Shown piece by piece: positions 28,922-36,208 of a stretch of DNA of 64,000 nucleotides (positions within the stretch are counted from its first letter, which is position 1; each line of letters opens with the position of its first letter). The notes beneath the pieces were generated by a model that made no database searches, had not been told where the DNA came from, and was given only the letters and a program-made list of their open reading frames with translations. Both the position numbers and the translations under genes were made by a program. Location of the stretch: NCBI GenBank assembly GCA_017444065.1, contig JAFSXJ010000018.1:1778-65777 (forward strand). The letters are read 5' to 3'. The DNA comes from Paludibacteraceae bacterium. Lineage in GTDB: Bacteria; Bacteroidota; Bacteroidia; Bacteroidales; Paludibacteraceae.

Positions 28922-31027
28922 TTATAGGCGCACCTCAATTGCCATCGTTCCCCACGCGCCGGGCATGAGGAGCGAGCCGTAGTCGTAGTAGTGGCGGTTC
29001 GTCATGTTCGTGCACTCGGCAGATATTTTGACGCGTTCGTTCTGCCAATAGACAGAGCCATCCAACAGTAATACAGGCTTATACGAGGTCACTATACCTT
29101 CCGCTGAGGTGTAGTCGCCTTCGCGTTTCTGCCAGCGCAGCGTCCACGACGCAGCCAGCACGCCGGTCTTCTTCGGCTCGCGCGACACCCAGATGCCGTG
29201 CTCTATTCCGAACACCAATTTATGACTCAGGTAGTCCAAGTATCGCGACTGCACCTCGTGCAAGTCGAGGTCAAGCCATGTGTACGCATAACTCACTTTC
29301 ACCTGCCTGAGCCACTCGGCCAACAGCCTGTGGCTGACGGCTGACGGCCTATATACCGCGGTCAGTTCGGTGCCGGCGCTGTTGATGCGCTGCTGGTTCA
29401 TGGCGTGGTACGGGCGGCGCGTGTCAGTCGGGACGTACACCCAGTCGATGATATCCGTTCCGCGGCGATACCAGGCATCGGCAGTGAGACTCAAGCCCTT
29501 GTAATCATATGTGCCGCCGAGTGAGAACGTCCACATCTTTTCCGGCTTCAGGTCTTTGCTGCCGAGCTGGTTGCCTGCGTCGTAGTTAAGGTCGGTGAAC
29601 GTGGGCATCCTGACCCCGCGCAGCGCGTTCAGATAGACCGAACTGCCGGGCAGATACTCGTACCCGATATTTGCGCCGCAGGTGTAGTGGTTGCCGAAGT
29701 AGGTGTTATAGATGCCGCTCACGCCGAGCGAGGCGTTGAGCCGGTCGTAGTGAAACGTCTGCCGGGCGAAGTATGTCAGGTTCACGCGGTTGGTGTCGCC
29801 GAGGTTCGTCGAGCGGATGTTCTCGTTGCGCAGTTCGATGCCGGCGGTTGTCGTCCCGAGCCACGAGATGTACGCGCCTTGCAGTCCGGCGGCAGCGGTC
29901 TGCAGCAGATGGGTGTTGCTGCCTGCGGGTTGTCCTCGATGCCACTCGTAGTGGTCATAGTTCGCGCGGTAGGCGGCTTTTGTTTCGAGGCTCCACGCTC
30001 CCCAATGATGCTTGTAGCGCGCCGAGCCGAAGGCTGTCCGCGTGGCATCGGACTGGTCGGTGCTGCCGCCGTAGAACAGTCCCGCACCGGCATCCTTGTA
30101 CTGCGCGCCGACCTGCACATCCAGGCCGCGCCAGCGCGTCTGCAGATAGATGTTCGCCCAGCGGCAGCCGTTGTTCACGAGTGCCTCGCGTTCCTTATCC
30201 GAGGGCGCAGGCGCGTAGTACCCGTCCGAGCGCGAGTACTCCGCCGAGGCGTTGACCTGCCATTCGCCCGACTGCCACGAGCCGGCAGCAGAAGGCTGAC
30301 AGAAGCCGTTCATGCCTGCCGCGAGTTTGAGTGCCAAGGGCAAGCGGCTAACCGCTACCGGCTGTGGCGCAGTCGTCACGATGTTCACCCCGTCCTGCAG
30401 CACCTCGATGCGTTCGATGAGCATCGGCGACACGGGCAGATGCAACGAGTAGTGTCCGGTCTGCGCGTCATTGACGGGGATACCGTTGAGCAGCACCTGC
30501 ACCTGGTCGAACGTGCCGCCGCGCATCGACAGGTCGCATTGCGCACCGTTCGCACCGCGCTTGCGCAGATCGAGCCCCGGCAGGTACTGGAATATATCCG
30601 CCACGGTGGTCACAGGCAGAGCGGCTATCTCGTTGCGCGAGACAGTGGATACCAGTCGGTAGGTGTTGGATTGAAGTTCAGCCTTGTCTGCAACCACCAA
30701 CACTTCCTGAACACTAAATTGCCGGTGGACGGAGGACTGACTCTGTGCGGTATCGGCGGTAGCGACGGAAACACCAACAGCTTCCGTCTCGTCCGCACTG
30801 TCCGCACAACCTCCCTGATCGCTTGCGAACGCAAGACTTGCGGGCGTCATCAGCAGTATGGCGAGCACAGCGGCTTTGCCGGCCTTGAGCAACTCAAGGT
30901 TGGCTACCGCGCCGCGGACGCGCCCGATGGTCACCTCGCGGTGCATCGAGCAGAACGCGGCGTAACCCTTGCGGCTCAACCGCTTGAAACGCAGACGCCG
31001 ACGACGAAAAAAAAGGTTTGTTCTCAT
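28922..31027 (-). CDS. TonB-dependent receptor
   Basis: Plug-domain motifs (DIFQYLPGLDLRKRG, SMRGGTFDQVQVLLNGIPVND) followed by a long beta-barrel. The N-terminus is unusually long and basic, so an internal start (MHREV...) is possible. Confidence 0.8.
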   Translation of the reverse strand: MRTNLFFRRRRLRFKRLSRKGYAAFCSMHREVTIGRVRGAVANLELLKAGKAAVLAILLMTPASLAFASDQGGCADSADETEAVGVSVATADTAQSQSSVHRQFSVQEVLVVADKAELQSNTYRLVSTVSRNEIAALPVTTVADIFQYLPGLDLRKRGANGAQCDLSMRGGTFDQVQVLLNGIPVNDAQTGHYSLHLPVSPMLIERIEVLQDGVNIVTTAPQPVAVSRLPLALKLAAGMNGFCQPSAAGSWQSGEWQVNASAEYSRSDGYYAPAPSDKEREALVNNGCRWANIYLQTRWRGLDVQVGAQYKDAGAGLFYGGSTDQSDATRTAFGSARYKHHWGAWSLETKAAYRANYDHYEWHRGQPAGSNTHLLQTAAAGLQGAYISWLGTTTAGIELRNENIRSTNLGDTNRVNLTYFARQTFHYDRLNASLGVSGIYNTYFGNHYTCGANIGYEYLPGSSVYLNALRGVRMPTFTDLNYDAGNQLGSKDLKPEKMWTFSLGGTYDYKGLSLTADAWYRRGTDIIDWVYVPTDTRRPYHAMNQQRINSAGTELTAVYRPSAVSHRLLAEWLRQVKVSYAYTWLDLDLHEVQSRYLDYLSHKLVFGIEHGIWVSREPKKTGVLAASWTLRWQKREGDYTSAEGIVTSYKPVLLLDGSVYWQNERVKISAECTNMTNRHYYDYGSLLMPGAWGTMAIEVRL

Positions 31028-31078
31028 GTGTCAAACATCAAAAACGGGTGCAAAGATACGGAAAATTTCTGACATTTG

Positions 31079-31086
31079 CAAATTTA
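31079..31086 (-). promoter_or_regulatory. candidate -7 promoter box (TAAATTTG on the minus strand) for the TonB-dependent receptor
   Basis: Plus strand reads CAAATTTA, whose reverse complement matches TAnnTTTG. About 52 nt upstream of ATG 31027. Confidence 0.3.
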
Positions 31087-31214
31087 GGCGGAGATTTTTT
31101 TGCAAGCATGTTACGTGTGGCACGATTTTTGCAGGTATAATATATGCATAAATCTGCAGCATCCGGCAGACAGTCTTTCACTTATGTCATGGTGAAGTGA
31201 CGGGAATCTCCCTG

Positions 31215-31254
31215 TAATCACACTCTAATCACAAAGAAACGACCCTGTAATCAC
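31215..31254. promoter_or_regulatory. three helically phased TAATCAC direct repeats (possible regulator binding sites)
   Basis: TAATCAC at 31215-31221, 31226-31232 and 31248-31254, with start-to-start spacing of 11 and 22 bp. Two are embedded in CCCTGTAATCAC. A related CCCTGTAATTGA lies at 31454-31465. Confidence 0.3.
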
Positions 31255-31407
31255 CCGGTTAGGTATCGACTCCGGGTCGAGTCAATGTCGGATAATATCC
31301 GACGGAAGGAACAATATGGAGAGGGTAAATTGCGGCTACAAAGGACAATATTTATTGAGAAAAACAAATTTTATTGCAAAATATTTGCAAATGTCATTTT
31401 TTTTTTG

Positions 31408-31415
31408 TATATTTG
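31408..31415 (+). promoter_or_regulatory. candidate -7 promoter box TATATTTG for the kinase / nucleotidyltransferase operon
   Basis: TAnnTTTG match about 52 nt upstream of ATG 31467. Confidence 0.3.
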
Positions 31416-31466
31416 CATGTTTTTTGCGAATCGTAATATTAATCATAATATTAGACCCTGTAATTG

Positions 31467-33014
31467 ATGCTACTATCACAACTATTCACACAAGCCACAG
31501 GCAAGAAGGCCGGCGAGCAGGTCGCCCTGACCGCGTCAGGCAGTAACAGGCGTTATTACCGTATCTTCAGCGATGACAAAGAAGTGTCGCTGATAGGCGT
31601 TCAAGGCACGTCGCGGGACGAGAACCACGCGTTCCTGACGATGGACAAACATTTCCTGAGTAAAGGTCTGAACGTGCCGCGCGTATTGGCGGTGAGCGAC
31701 GACGAGATGGCTTACGTCCAGGAGGACCTGGGCGACATGCTGCTGTTCAACTACATAGCCGAAGGCCGGAAGACCGGCGTGTTCTGCGAGAGCGAGAAAG
31801 GGATGCTTCGTCAGACCATCCGCGCTCTGGCACGGTTCCAGGTAGTGGGTGCCGAGGATTTTGATTTCCGCGTGTGCTACCCGCAGCCGGAGTTCAACCT
31901 GAGGAGCATCCGCTGGGACCTGAACTACTTCAAGTACTGCTTCCTGAAAGCCACAGGGCTGGAGTTCCAGGAGGACAAGCTGGAGAACGAATTCGAGCGG
32001 CTGGCGTATATCCTGCTGCAGCAGAAGAAGATGAACGCCTTCATGTACCGCGACTTCCAGAGCCGCAATGTCATGGTCGCCTTCGGCAATCGGGTCGCAC
32101 CGATGGCACCGGGTGCCATAAAAGCGACCGATGCCTCGGCTTCTCCCCAAAACAACGTTGCACGTTCTTTCGGTGACCCCAATAAAGAGGGAGAGCCAGT
32201 GCCGTACTTCATTGATTTCCAAGGCGGAAGGAAAGGTCCGGTGTATTACGACGTGGCATCGTTCCTATGGCAGGCGAAGGCGAACTTCCACGATGAGCTG
32301 CGTAACGAACTGATAGGCGAGTATCTGGACGAGCTGGGCAAGTACATGGAGGTGGACAAACAGGAGTTCTACAACACGCTGCGGCACTTCGTTCTGTTTA
32401 GGACGATGCAGGTGTTGGGCGCGTACGGTTTCCGCGGATACTTCGAGAAGAAGCCGCACTTCCTGCAATCGATTCCGTTTGCGATAGAGAACCTTAGGCG
32501 CCTGCTGAAGAACTCGGCGGACGATTATCCGTACCTCATCGAGGTGCTGCACGAGATGACGGAGATGAAGCAGTTCAAGGAGGTGGGTGTAAGAAAGCCG
32601 CTGGTGGTGAAGGTGTATTCGTTCTCGTACAAGAAAGGCATTCCTGCCGATGACAGCGGCAACGGCGGCGGCTTCGTGTTCGACTGCCGCGCTGTGAACA
32701 ACCCTGGCAAGTACGAACGCTACACGTACTTCACGGGAATGGACGAGCCGGTGATAAAGTTCCTGGAGCAGGACGGCGAGATTCTGCCGCTGCTGGATTC
32801 GGCATACAAGCTCGTTGACGCGAGCGTGAAGCGGTACATCGACCGCGGGTTCCGCAACCTGATGGTCAGCTTCGGCTGCACGGGCGGTCAGCACCGTTCG
32901 GTCTATGCGGCAGAGAAGATGGCGGAGCACCTGAACACGAAGTTCGGCGGAGAGGTGCGGCTCATCCACCGTGAGCAGAACGTAGAACGCACACTGGAGG
33001 AGCGCGAGAAATGA
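31467..33014 (+). CDS. APH-fold sugar kinase (AmgK-like anomeric MurNAc/GlcNAc kinase) fused to a RapZ C-terminal-like domain
   Basis: Kinase motifs YRDFQSRNVMV and FIDFQGGRKGPVYYDVASFL. The C-terminal ~140 aa resembles the RapZ/YvcJ C-domain (FDCRAVNNPG, LMVSFGCTGGQHRSVYAAEKMAEHL). The track start TTG 31464 is followed by ATG 31467. Overlaps the next gene by 4 nt. Confidence 0.75.
   Translation: MLLSQLFTQATGKKAGEQVALTASGSNRRYYRIFSDDKEVSLIGVQGTSRDENHAFLTMDKHFLSKGLNVPRVLAVSDDEMAYVQEDLGDMLLFNYIAEGRKTGVFCESEKGMLRQTIRALARFQVVGAEDFDFRVCYPQPEFNLRSIRWDLNYFKYCFLKATGLEFQEDKLENEFERLAYILLQQKKMNAFMYRDFQSRNVMVAFGNRVAPMAPGAIKATDASASPQNNVARSFGDPNKEGEPVPYFIDFQGGRKGPVYYDVASFLWQAKANFHDELRNELIGEYLDELGKYMEVDKQEFYNTLRHFVLFRTMQVLGAYGFRGYFEKKPHFLQSIPFAIENLRRLLKNSADDYPYLIEVLHEMTEMKQFKEVGVRKPLVVKVYSFSYKKGIPADDSGNGGGFVFDCRAVNNPGKYERYTYFTGMDEPVIKFLEQDGEILPLLDSAYKLVDASVKRYIDRGFRNLMVSFGCTGGQHRSVYAAEKMAEHLNTKFGGEVRLIHREQNVERTLEEREK
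32088..32189. repeat. structured ~100-bp repeat, copy 1 (in-frame inside the kinase gene)
   Basis: 102 bp, gap-free alignment to 33296-33397. Hairpin ATGGCACC-G-GGTGCCAT at 32103-32119, plus CTCCCCAAAAC and TTTCGGTGACCCCA blocks. Confidence 0.8.
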
Positions 33015-33871
33015 AAGCGATGATTTTTGCTGCGGGACTGGGGACACGTCTCAAGCCGCTGACCGATACGATGCCGAAAGCCTTGCTGCCGCTGGCAGGC
33101 AAGACGTTGCTGCAATGGCAGATTGAGCGGCTGCAGGCTGTCGGCATAACGGAGATAGTGGTGAACATCCACCACTTGGGGCAGCAGATTATCGACTACC
33201 TCAACGCCCACGACGGATTCGGCTGCACGGTGCAGATAAGCGATGAACGCGAGTCGCTGCTTGAAACAGGAGGCGGCTTACTGCGTGCCTTCGACAATCA
33301 GGTCGCACCGATGGCGCAAAGCACCATAAAAGCGACTGATGTCTCGTCACTTCCCCACCACGACCTTGTAGGTCGCGTCGGGGACCCCATGAATGAGCCG
33401 GTGCTGGTTTGCAATGTGGATATATTGTCGAACATCGACCTCGGGCAGCTGATAGCGGCGCACAGGCCTGACGACCTGGCAACGGTGGTGGTGTCGAACC
33501 GCGAGACGCAGCGGTACCTTCTGTTTTCCGGCGAGGGCGAGTTGCGCGGCTGGACGAACAAGAAGACGGGCGAGTACCGTCCGGCAAGTGCAGCCACGGA
33601 AGACCTGGTGCCGATGGCATTCTCGGGAATGCAGATTGTAGAGCCGGCGTTCTTCCGTGAACTAAGACAGACGCAGGCGGAGAAAGGCGAGAAGTTCTCG
33701 CTGATTGACGCCTACCTTTCGATTGTAACGCGGCAAGCGGGCACCATCCGTGCCTTCGTGCCGCGATACTATAAGATGATGGATGTGGGGAAGATTGACC
33801 AATTAGAGGACGCAGAACGCTTCGCTGAGCGTTTGGCAAACAACACTAACGGATGGTGCCCTGCACCATAA
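33011..33871 (+). CDS. sugar-1-phosphate nucleotidyltransferase (MurU-like)
   Basis: N-terminal MIFAAGLGTRLKPLTDTMPKALLPLAGK (G-x-G-T-R-L signature). Translationally coupled to the kinase gene (ATGA overlap). Confidence 0.8.
   Translation: MKAMIFAAGLGTRLKPLTDTMPKALLPLAGKTLLQWQIERLQAVGITEIVVNIHHLGQQIIDYLNAHDGFGCTVQISDERESLLETGGGLLRAFDNQVAPMAQSTIKATDVSSLPHHDLVGRVGDPMNEPVLVCNVDILSNIDLGQLIAAHRPDDLATVVVSNRETQRYLLFSGEGELRGWTNKKTGEYRPASAATEDLVPMAFSGMQIVEPAFFRELRQTQAEKGEKFSLIDAYLSIVTRQAGTIRAFVPRYYKMMDVGKIDQLEDAERFAERLANNTNGWCPAP
33296..33397. repeat. structured ~100-bp repeat, copy 2 (in-frame inside the nucleotidyltransferase gene)
   Basis: Same length and same codon phase as copy 1, roughly 70% identical by hand alignment. 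Encodes NQVAPMAQSTIKATDVSSLPHHDLVGRVGDPMNE. Confidence 0.8.
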
Positions 33872-33932
33872 ACCTCGTTGTTGCCTCCGCTCTCCCCAAA
33901 ACCAATCCAAGATTGCTTTCGGGGACCCCATC
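33851..33932. repeat. structured repeat, copy 3 (straddles the stop codon of the nucleotidyltransferase gene and the intergenic region)
   Basis: Hairpin ATGGTGC-CCT-GCACCAT followed by AA, which forms the TAA stop at 33869-33871. CTCCCCAAAAC and TTTCGGGGACCCCA blocks are shared with copy 1. Confidence 0.65.
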
Positions 33933-33948
33933 AAAAAAGTAAAAAAAG

Positions 33949-34881
33949 ATGTTAGGAGTAATCATTAATCCGAAATCAGGCAAGAAAGCCTACCGCATGC
34001 AGCGGATGTACCTGTGGAACCTGTTGCGCGAGCGCAAGATACCCTATGAGTTCCGCGTAACCAAATATGCCGCGCACGCCACCGAACTGGCGCGTGAACT
34101 GGTGGAAGACTTCAGTTGCGACGAGATACTCGTCATCGGCGGCGACGGCACGTTGTCGGAGACGCTGAACGGCATCATGCGCGCGAAGATTTCCGCCGAG
34201 CAGCGCCGTCAGATCAAACTCGGTCTCATGCCGCGCGGCACAGGCAACGACTGGGGACGCTACTGGAACCTGACGAAGAACTACCGCCAGGCGATTGAGC
34301 GCTTCCTGTCGGGCGAAGGACATCCGTTGGACGTGGGCTGCGTGACCTACTGGCGCAACCACATCGAGCATCACCGGTACTTCATCAACTCTGTGGGTTT
34401 CGGCGTTGACCCGCTCTGCTGCCAGAAAGCCGAGAAGCTGAAGTACTACCTCGGTTCGCACCACGTGAACTACCTGTTCGGACTGATAGGTGCCGTTGTA
34501 CAGCAGAAACCTATCCCGATGCAGCTCATCGTCGATGGCGAGGTGCTGGTGGATGAAGGGCTGTTCACGATGAACGTGGGCAACGGTCCGTTCTCCGGCG
34601 GCGGCATACGCCAGAACCCCGAAGCCGACCCGCAGGACGGCGTGTTCCATGCGATGTTTGTTTGCAAACCGACGTTGATACAGATCATCAAAGCGCTGCC
34701 GAACCTGTTCAACGGCAAGCTGACCGAACTGCCGTTCATCCATGCGTACAAAGGCAAGGACATCCGCATGGAGACCGATGAGCATCTGATGTTCGAGGCG
34801 GACGGTATCCTGCACGATGTGATGGGACCGACGGAGATTCACTGCATCCACCATGCGTTGCAGTTTAAGGTGAAGATGTAG
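33949..34881 (+). CDS. diacylglycerol-kinase-family lipid kinase (YegS/BmrU-like)
   Basis: GGDGTLSETLNG motif and MPRGTGNDW. 310 aa, a typical length. Confidence 0.8.
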   Translation: MLGVIINPKSGKKAYRMQRMYLWNLLRERKIPYEFRVTKYAAHATELARELVEDFSCDEILVIGGDGTLSETLNGIMRAKISAEQRRQIKLGLMPRGTGNDWGRYWNLTKNYRQAIERFLSGEGHPLDVGCVTYWRNHIEHHRYFINSVGFGVDPLCCQKAEKLKYYLGSHHVNYLFGLIGAVVQQKPIPMQLIVDGEVLVDEGLFTMNVGNGPFSGGGIRQNPEADPQDGVFHAMFVCKPTLIQIIKALPNLFNGKLTELPFIHAYKGKDIRMETDEHLMFEADGILHDVMGPTEIHCIHHALQFKVKM

Positions 34882-34908
34882 ATGACAATTGATAATTGAC
34901 AATTGACA
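34882..34908. repeat. heptamer tandem array TTGAYAA x4 at the lipid kinase/rsmH junction
   Basis: atgacaa ttgataa ttgacaa ttgaca, directly upstream of and overlapping the possible rsmH starts. Confidence 0.7.
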
Positions 34909-35840
34909 TTTTAGTGGAAGAGCAAGTTTATCATATTCCTGCGATGCTGAATGAGGTACTTGACGGGTTGCAGATTGCCCCTCACAAGCCACAGGTGTTC
35001 GTTGACGCCACGTTCGGCGGCGGCGGACACAGCAGGGGTATCATCGAGCGCATGGGCAAGGACTCACGGCTCTACGGCATCGACCAGGACCTTGACGCCT
35101 ATGCCAATCGCATTGACGACGAGCGGTTCACATTCATAAGGAGTAACTTCCGCTACGTGGCGAACTTCATGGATTACTACGGCGTGACGCAGGCGGACGG
35201 CATATTGGCAGACTTAGGTGTGAGTTTCCACCACTTCGACGCTGCCGAACGGGGATTCTCTTTCCGCTACGACGCGCTGCTGGACATGCGCATGAACAAC
35301 AGGCAGAGACTGTCGGCAAAAGATATAGTCAACACCTATGCGGAGGAAGACCTGGCGCGTGTGCTATACCTCTACGGCGAGTTCCGCGACTCGCGTTCGC
35401 TGGCGCAGCAGATTGTCCGCAAGCGTTCAGCCCAGGCGATAGAGACGACCCAGCAACTGCTTGACAGCGTCCGTCTGCGCGACAAGCAGGATGCTGCACG
35501 ACTGTTCCAGGCACTGCGTATCGAGGTGAACGACGAACTGGGGGCATTGCGTGAACTGCTGGAAGCCTCCACGCAACTGCTGGCACCGGGCGGAAGGCTG
35601 GTCATCCTCACCTACCATTCGCTGGAGGACCGCATCGTCAAGAACTTCATGCGATCGGGCAACACCGAAGGCACGATAGAGAAGGATTTCTATGGTAACC
35701 CGCTTACCCCCTTCAAGGTGATTGAGAAAGGGCGCACCGCCTCAACCGAAGAAGTGGAGCGCAACCCGAGAGCCCGCAGCGCCAAACTGCGCATTGCGGA
35801 AAAGACCGCTTCGCTGAAAGAACAAAGACCGTTTCACTAA
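34896..35840 (+). CDS. rsmH: 16S rRNA (cytosine1402-N4)-methyltransferase
   Basis: YHIPAMLNEVLDGL, TFGGGGHS, ILADLGVSFHHFD and SLEDRIVKNF. Start uncertain: TTG 34896 or GTG 34914. Confidence 0.9.
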   Translation: MTIDILVEEQVYHIPAMLNEVLDGLQIAPHKPQVFVDATFGGGGHSRGIIERMGKDSRLYGIDQDLDAYANRIDDERFTFIRSNFRYVANFMDYYGVTQADGILADLGVSFHHFDAAERGFSFRYDALLDMRMNNRQRLSAKDIVNTYAEEDLARVLYLYGEFRDSRSLAQQIVRKRSAQAIETTQQLLDSVRLRDKQDAARLFQALRIEVNDELGALRELLEASTQLLAPGGRLVILTYHSLEDRIVKNFMRSGNTEGTIEKDFYGNPLTPFKVIEKGRTASTEEVERNPRARSAKLRIAEKTASLKEQRPFH

Positions 35841-35857
35841 AAGAAAAAAGACTGCTA

Positions 35858-36175
35858 ATGGACAAGCGACTGACTTTACTGCAAAAAATTCTGAACGGAG
35901 ATATCTTCCGCAACGAGAAAGTGGCACAGCAATACCGGCTGCTGGCACTGATTGGCGTGTACATCTTCGTGAGCATACTGATGGGCTTCATCTCCGAATG
36001 GCAATACGTACGAATCGGCTCGCTGAAGAAAGAGCTGCAGGACGCGCGCAACGAAGAACTGACCATCAGTTCCGAACTGGTGAACAGCACCCGTCAGTCA
36101 GCCGTCGCCCGTTCGCTACGCGAGAACGGCAGCACGCTGCGCGAACCCAATACGCCCGTCATTGTAATAAAATAG
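35858..36175 (+). CDS. FtsL-like cell division protein (Bacteroidetes type)
   Basis: 105 aa, a single TM segment (LLALIGVYIFVSILMGFI) followed by a coiled coil. The position between rsmH and the PBP gene is canonical. Confidence 0.7.
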   Translation: MDKRLTLLQKILNGDIFRNEKVAQQYRLLALIGVYIFVSILMGFISEWQYVRIGSLKKELQDARNEELTISSELVNSTRQSAVARSLRENGSTLREPNTPVIVIK

Positions 36176-36208
36176 ACCGCTATCGCTTCTACCAATAAAA
36201 CAAACATT

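Noticed and set aside
30330-30420. Apparent short deletion in the plug domain of the TonB-dependent receptor (IERIEVLQDGVNIVTT where I expected ..IEVLRGP.S.LYG..A.GG.INI.T)
   Set aside because: This rests only on my memory of the consensus. It could be normal variation in this subfamily and needs an HMM alignment before calling the receptor degenerate.
31028-31300. Riboswitch (cobalamin or TPP) in the leader of the TonB-dependent receptor
   Set aside because: I could not find a B12 box (GCCACTG-like) or the TPP CUGAGA / ACCUGAUCUGGAUAAUGCCAGCG-type elements on the minus strand. It needs an Infernal scan to exclude properly.
31285-31467. 60-aa ORF in the receptor/kinase intergenic region
   Set aside because: It is AT-rich and overlaps promoter-like boxes and hairpins. 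Its composition is not coding-like and it ends within the first codon of the kinase gene (ATG 31467).
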